Source: Candidatus Bathyarchaeota archaeon
Lineage (GTDB): Archaea > Thermoproteota > Bathyarchaeia > Bathyarchaeales > Bathycorpusculaceae
Direction of reading: 5' to 3'
DNA: 64,000 nt
NCBI GenBank assembly: GCA_963775685.1
Contig: CAVZJV010000014.1
Location: forward strand, 1,920,001-1,984,000
Position numbers and translations under genes: made by a program. The notes under the pieces are model-generated. The model made no database searches. It had not been told where the DNA came from and saw only the letters and a list, made by a program, of their open reading frames with translations. Of the stretch, positions 60,241 through 64,000 are shown piece after piece (the first letter of the stretch is position 1; every line of letters begins with the position of its first letter).

Positions 60241-61469
60241 TATATTTGATCAAGCTCCTTTAGTATTTCCATGAAGCGGTCAACTTCCGCTAGGGTGTTG
60301 TAGACATAGAAGCTTAAACGTGCAGAAGACTGAAGCTTAAGAACCTCTTCATGCAATGGCTGGGCACAGTGGAATCCGCTACGCATCATTACACCATAAT
60401 TGTCAAAGAACAATGCCACATCATGCGAAGACAAACCTTTAACAGCGAAAGGTATGATGCCCATTTTATCTGAGAGACTATTTGGGCCATAAACCGTGAT
60501 TTTGTTGCTTTCCTGCAAACGTTCAACAGCGTACTTGGTTAATTCTTTCTCATGGCTCAAAACATTGTCCATGCCCAAATCTTCAAGATACTTAACTGCA
60601 GCGCCCAAACCTATCGCACCCGCGATGTTAGGAGTTCCCGCTTCGAACTTCCAGGGTAACTCATTTAGCGAAACGCTACATTGCCCCTGACTTTGGATAA
60701 ACTCGACATCCTTTATCATTTCACCACCTCCCTGAAATGGAGCCATTTTCTCAAGCACTTCTTTTTTGCCATAGAGAACTCCAATGCCTGTGGGTCCAAG
60801 CATTTTGTGACCAGAGAACGCCATTAAATCCATGTCTAAATCTTTAACATCAACCGCCATATGAGGCACAGATTGGGCACCGTCAACTAGCATCAAAGCG
60901 CCATGTTCATGTGCCGCTTTGCCGATACGTTTTACGTCGTTGATTACACCTGTAACGTTTGAGACATGGTTTAGGCAAGCGATTTTTGTTTTGCTGCAAA
61001 GTTTGGTTTCGAAGTCATCATAGTCGAGTTTTCCATCAGGGTTGACTTTAGCGTATTTGATTGTGAAACCCTTGAGTTTGGCTGTGATTTCCCATGGAAC
61101 GATGTTGCTGTGGTGCTCCATCAAAGAAACAAGAACCTCGTCTCCCTTGACAAGGTTGTTTAATCCCCAAGAATACGCGACTAAGTTGATGGCTTCAGTT
61201 GTACCCCTAACAAAAACTACCTCACTGGAATGTTTGGCGTTGATAAATTTTGCAATTCGCTCACGTGATGTCTCGTATAGGTCAGTTGCTTCCAACGAGA
61301 GGGAATGAACGGCGCGGTGGACATTGCCGTTGTGGTTTTTGTAGAAGTCCACTATGGCGTCGATGACTTTATGGGGCTTCTGGGTGGTTGCGGCGTTGTC
61401 AAAGTAGATTAGGGTGTTGCCGTTAATTTGCCTGTTTAAAATTGGGAAGTCTTGCCTAATTACTTGCAT
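60240..61469 (-). CDS. sufS: Cysteine desulfurase, group II
   Basis: YFDNAATTQKP, EHHSN, DGAQS, FSGHKMLGPTG, FEAGTP, RSGFHCA. Confidence 0.95.
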   Translation of the reverse strand: MQVIRQDFPILNRQINGNTLIYFDNAATTQKPHKVIDAIVDFYKNHNGNVHRAVHSLSLEATDLYETSRERIAKFINAKHSSEVVFVRGTTEAINLVAYSWGLNNLVKGDEVLVSLMEHHSNIVPWEITAKLKGFTIKYAKVNPDGKLDYDDFETKLCSKTKIACLNHVSNVTGVINDVKRIGKAAHEHGALMLVDGAQSVPHMAVDVKDLDMDLMAFSGHKMLGPTGIGVLYGKKEVLEKMAPFQGGGEMIKDVEFIQSQGQCSVSLNELPWKFEAGTPNIAGAIGLGAAVKYLEDLGMDNVLSHEKELTKYAVERLQESNKITVYGPNSLSDKMGIIPFAVKGLSSHDVALFFDNYGVMMRSGFHCAQPLHEEVLKLQSSARLSFYVYNTLAEVDRFMEILKELDQI

Positions 61470-61471
61470 AT

Positions 61472-61987
61472 CTATGATTGTTTTTCTGCCTCAGGTTTTA
61501 GCCTCTTAGAGAGCGTTTTTGCCAGTTCCTCTTCCTCTAATGCTTGTTTCTCTTCGAATGTGTGTTCTTTAGGCAACCATGTTGGTGCTTCTGCGCCTTT
61601 TTGAGTTAAGTATTGTCTGATGGCACGTTTTAGTGCTCCTACGGCGAGGACTCCGCAGTGGAATTTTACGCTTGGCAATCCACCGATTTCCTCTGTGACT
61701 TTCTTCCAAGTTATATTGTTCCATGCGGCTTCAAGTGTTAAGCCCTTAATCATTTCGGTGACTATGCTTGAGGTGGCGATGTTTGCCGCGCATCCGTAGC
61801 TTTCAAAGCTTGCTTTCTCAATAACTTGTTTTGCTTCATCGATTTTTAGGTAAAAAGTGATCATGTCTCCGCAGGCTGGGTTCCCTGCTACTGCTACTAC
61901 TGTTGCGTCTTCCATTTTTCCAAGATTCTTGGGGTTACGGAATAAATCCATAACTTTCGAGTTGTAAGGTAAAGGTATTCGTGACAT
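61472..61987 (-). CDS. iscU: IscU/NifU-N Fe-S scaffold
   Basis: NPKNLG, GNPACGD, GCAA, LPSVKFHC. Confidence 0.92.
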   Translation of the reverse strand: MSRIPLPYNSKVMDLFRNPKNLGKMEDATVVAVAGNPACGDMITFYLKIDEAKQVIEKASFESYGCAANIATSSIVTEMIKGLTLEAAWNNITWKKVTEEIGGLPSVKFHCGVLAVGALKRAIRQYLTQKGAEAPTWLPKEHTFEEKQALEEEELAKTLSKRLKPEAEKQS

Positions 61988-61989
61988 TC

Positions 61990-63213
61990 TTAATCAGTTC
62001 CTGTCGAGCCGACTATCCCTCTAATGCGGTTTACGGCTACTGGTAAAACTTCTAAAACGTAAGCTATATCTTCTTCTGTAAGAGCTCGAGTTGTCTTCAT
62101 TAAAATGCTGCCATGAGCTTCGCTGAATCTACGCCCGATAGCGACAAGAACGTGACTTGGTTGAAGTAGCCTTCGGCTGCATGCGCTTCCGCTGGAAACA
62201 TATACTCCTTTGAGGCTGAGTTCGATTGTTAATGCTTCACCTTCGCAGCGCAGGATGCTGACGTTTGCGTTGTCGGGACTACGTTTGTCACCTTTTGGAC
62301 CGTTGAACCGCAAATCATCAAGCTCCCCAAATATTCCATCAACAAGCTTATCACGCAGCATGCGCATCTTTGTAGTGTTTGCCTCAAAATTCTCAAAAGC
62401 AAGCTCAGAAGCTTTAGTGAAACCCACGATTAATGGGGTGTTTTCAATGCCAGGCCAGAGTTTTTGAGTGCCAATTTGTCCTTCCAATATGCGTTCCATG
62501 TTTACGCCTTCCCGCAGATACATGGCGCCTATTCCACGTGGTCCTTGAATTTTGTAGCTGCCAACCGTAGCTAAGTCCACGTTTAGATTCTGCACGTTAA
62601 AGGGTATTCTGCCGTAGGCGTCGGATGCGTCAGTGTGGAATAGTGCTTGGGGGTTTTTGGCTTTAACTATGTCAACTGCTTCTTTGATCGGCTGGATTGT
62701 GCCCAATTCGTTGTTTACCGTCGAGATGCTGACTAGAACGGTTTCGTTATCAATTGCTTCCTTGAGTTTCTCCAAATCGACAAAGCCTTCGTGGTTTACT
62801 GGGATTTTGGTGGTTGAGAAACCGAATTTTCCCATCATCTCAGCAACCTGCAGAACGTTGATTGGTTCGATTTCTGAGATCACAATTTTTTTCCCCTTGG
62901 CTTTCTGAGAAAAGCATGAGCCCATGATTGCCAGATTATTGGCTTCGGTTTCGCTTGGAGTGAAGGTTATTTCTTCAAGGATTTTTGCGCCCGTATAGTT
63001 AGCGATTTTTTGGAAACTGTTCATTATGACCTCGAAGGCTTCCCAGCCTGGCTTGTGAGTAAGCGTGGGGTTGCCGTATGCTTTCTTATTATAGTAAGGC
63101 AGCATAGCGTCCACAACCTCTTGGGGAACAATGCTGCTGTTTTCGTTGTCTAAGTAAACCTCATGCGTTATGCCCTCATGCAGTTTGAGGAGCTCTTTCA
63201 CGTTTTCAACCAT
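61990..63213 (-). CDS. Atypical IscS/NifS-like (group I) cysteine desulfurase
   Basis: VYLDN, YGNP, TEANNLA, NNELGTIQP, SYKIQGPRG, SSGSACS. Confidence 0.85.
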   Translation of the reverse strand: MVENVKELLKLHEGITHEVYLDNENSSIVPQEVVDAMLPYYNKKAYGNPTLTHKPGWEAFEVIMNSFQKIANYTGAKILEEITFTPSETEANNLAIMGSCFSQKAKGKKIVISEIEPINVLQVAEMMGKFGFSTTKIPVNHEGFVDLEKLKEAIDNETVLVSISTVNNELGTIQPIKEAVDIVKAKNPQALFHTDASDAYGRIPFNVQNLNVDLATVGSYKIQGPRGIGAMYLREGVNMERILEGQIGTQKLWPGIENTPLIVGFTKASELAFENFEANTTKMRMLRDKLVDGIFGELDDLRFNGPKGDKRSPDNANVSILRCEGEALTIELSLKGVYVSSGSACSRRLLQPSHVLVAIGRRFSEAHGSILMKTTRALTEEDIAYVLEVLPVAVNRIRGIVGSTGTD

Positions 63214-63375
63214 ACAGTATACTACCTGAATTTTTTGGGATAGATAAACTCGTCAATTGCTAATATCATGTTCAAATAGAAAAACGTAGCTTAAAAAAAC
63301 TGCGTTTTCCAAGGCTAACACTATTAATTAGCTCCTTTTCAATATTGGTAAAATAAAAGTGTTAGGCGAATTAAA

Positions 63376-64000
63376 GTGAAGATTGCAGAGCTACCTATTC
63401 CAGGTTCAGTCAAGGAAATCCTATCCGGCTTGGGAATTGCAGAGTTGTTTCCGCCTCAGGAAGACACTATACGAGCAGGAGTGCTTGAGGGCAAAAACAT
63501 CGTTTTGGCAAGTCCCACGGCTTCAGGAAAAACCTTGATTGGGGAACTCTGTGGCCTTAAACACATTCTCGAGAGAAGCGGCAAAGTCATTTATCTCTCA
63601 CCGCTCAGAGCATTGGCAAGTGAAAAGTTTGAAGAATTCCAAAAGTACACTTCCATTCGTAAGGTGGATGGCAGAAAAGTGTCGGTTGGTATCAGTACAG
63701 GCGATTTTGACAGCGCCGACAACTGGCTGGAACGCTATGACGTAATAGTCACAACCAACGAGAAAGCCGATTCTTTGTTGCGTCACCGTGCAAAGTGGAT
63801 GGATAGCATCTCGCTGGTTATTGCCGACGAAATTCACCTTTTAAACGAGGCGGAACGCGGACCCACACTGGAAATCGTACTTGCAAGACTTTTGCAGGTA
63901 AACCCCCATATCCAAATCTTAGCCCTGAGCGCAACCATTAACAATGTGGACGAAATCGCTGGTTGGCTTAACGCCAAATATATCGTTACTGAGTGGCGGC
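63376..64000 (+). CDS. hel308: Ski2-like helicase Hel308/Hjm (5' part, runs off the right edge)
   Basis: Read by hand: MKIAELP..ELFPPQ..SPTASGKT..PLRALASEK..DEIH..RGPTLE..LSAT. Confidence 0.9.
   Translation, partial: MKIAELPIPGSVKEILSGLGIAELFPPQEDTIRAGVLEGKNIVLASPTASGKTLIGELCGLKHILERSGKVIYLSPLRALASEKFEEFQKYTSIRKVDGRKVSVGISTGDFDSADNWLERYDVIVTTNEKADSLLRHRAKWMDSISLVIADEIHLLNEAERGPTLEIVLARLLQVNPHIQILALSATINNVDEIAGWLNAKYIVTEWR

Noticed and set aside
1-64000. CRISPR array, rRNA, transposase, or reverse transcriptase/DGR driving propeller variation
   Set aside because: No repeat-spacer array, rRNA-like segment, transposase or RT motif found; paralog differences are not adenine-specific

Overview
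Archaeal chromosomal segment, most likely Bathyarchaeia (TACK). This assignment is inferred from eS25, eS26, eS17, eS1, an archaeal histone, Alba, thermosome, Rpo6, class I LysRS, tetraether lipid synthase and large secreted PQQ-type beta-propeller paralogs. Most of the window is housekeeping, with one tRNA-Arg(GCG), a surface-glycan cluster (about 47-60 kb) and an Fe-S/sulfur operon at the right end. Highlights: (1) two tandem beta-propeller surface-protein genes share a promoter, a covarying 58-64 nt 5' leader hairpin, a 42-bp identical internal block and a similar terminator, and a beta-propeller/GT-C glycosyltransferase fusion lies next to them; (2) a TrpY-like regulator sits divergent from trpB2 with three phased TGTACA-like boxes; (3) a PadR-linked FAD-oxidoreductase/Zn-ribbon/SPFH operon has two palindromic operator candidates; (4) an atypical IscS-like/IscU/SufS/small Cys-protein operon; (5) several gene remnants and four +1 frameshifts that are probably sequencing errors. 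No CRISPR array, rRNA or intact mobile element was seen. All family assignments come from motif recognition by eye, not database searches.
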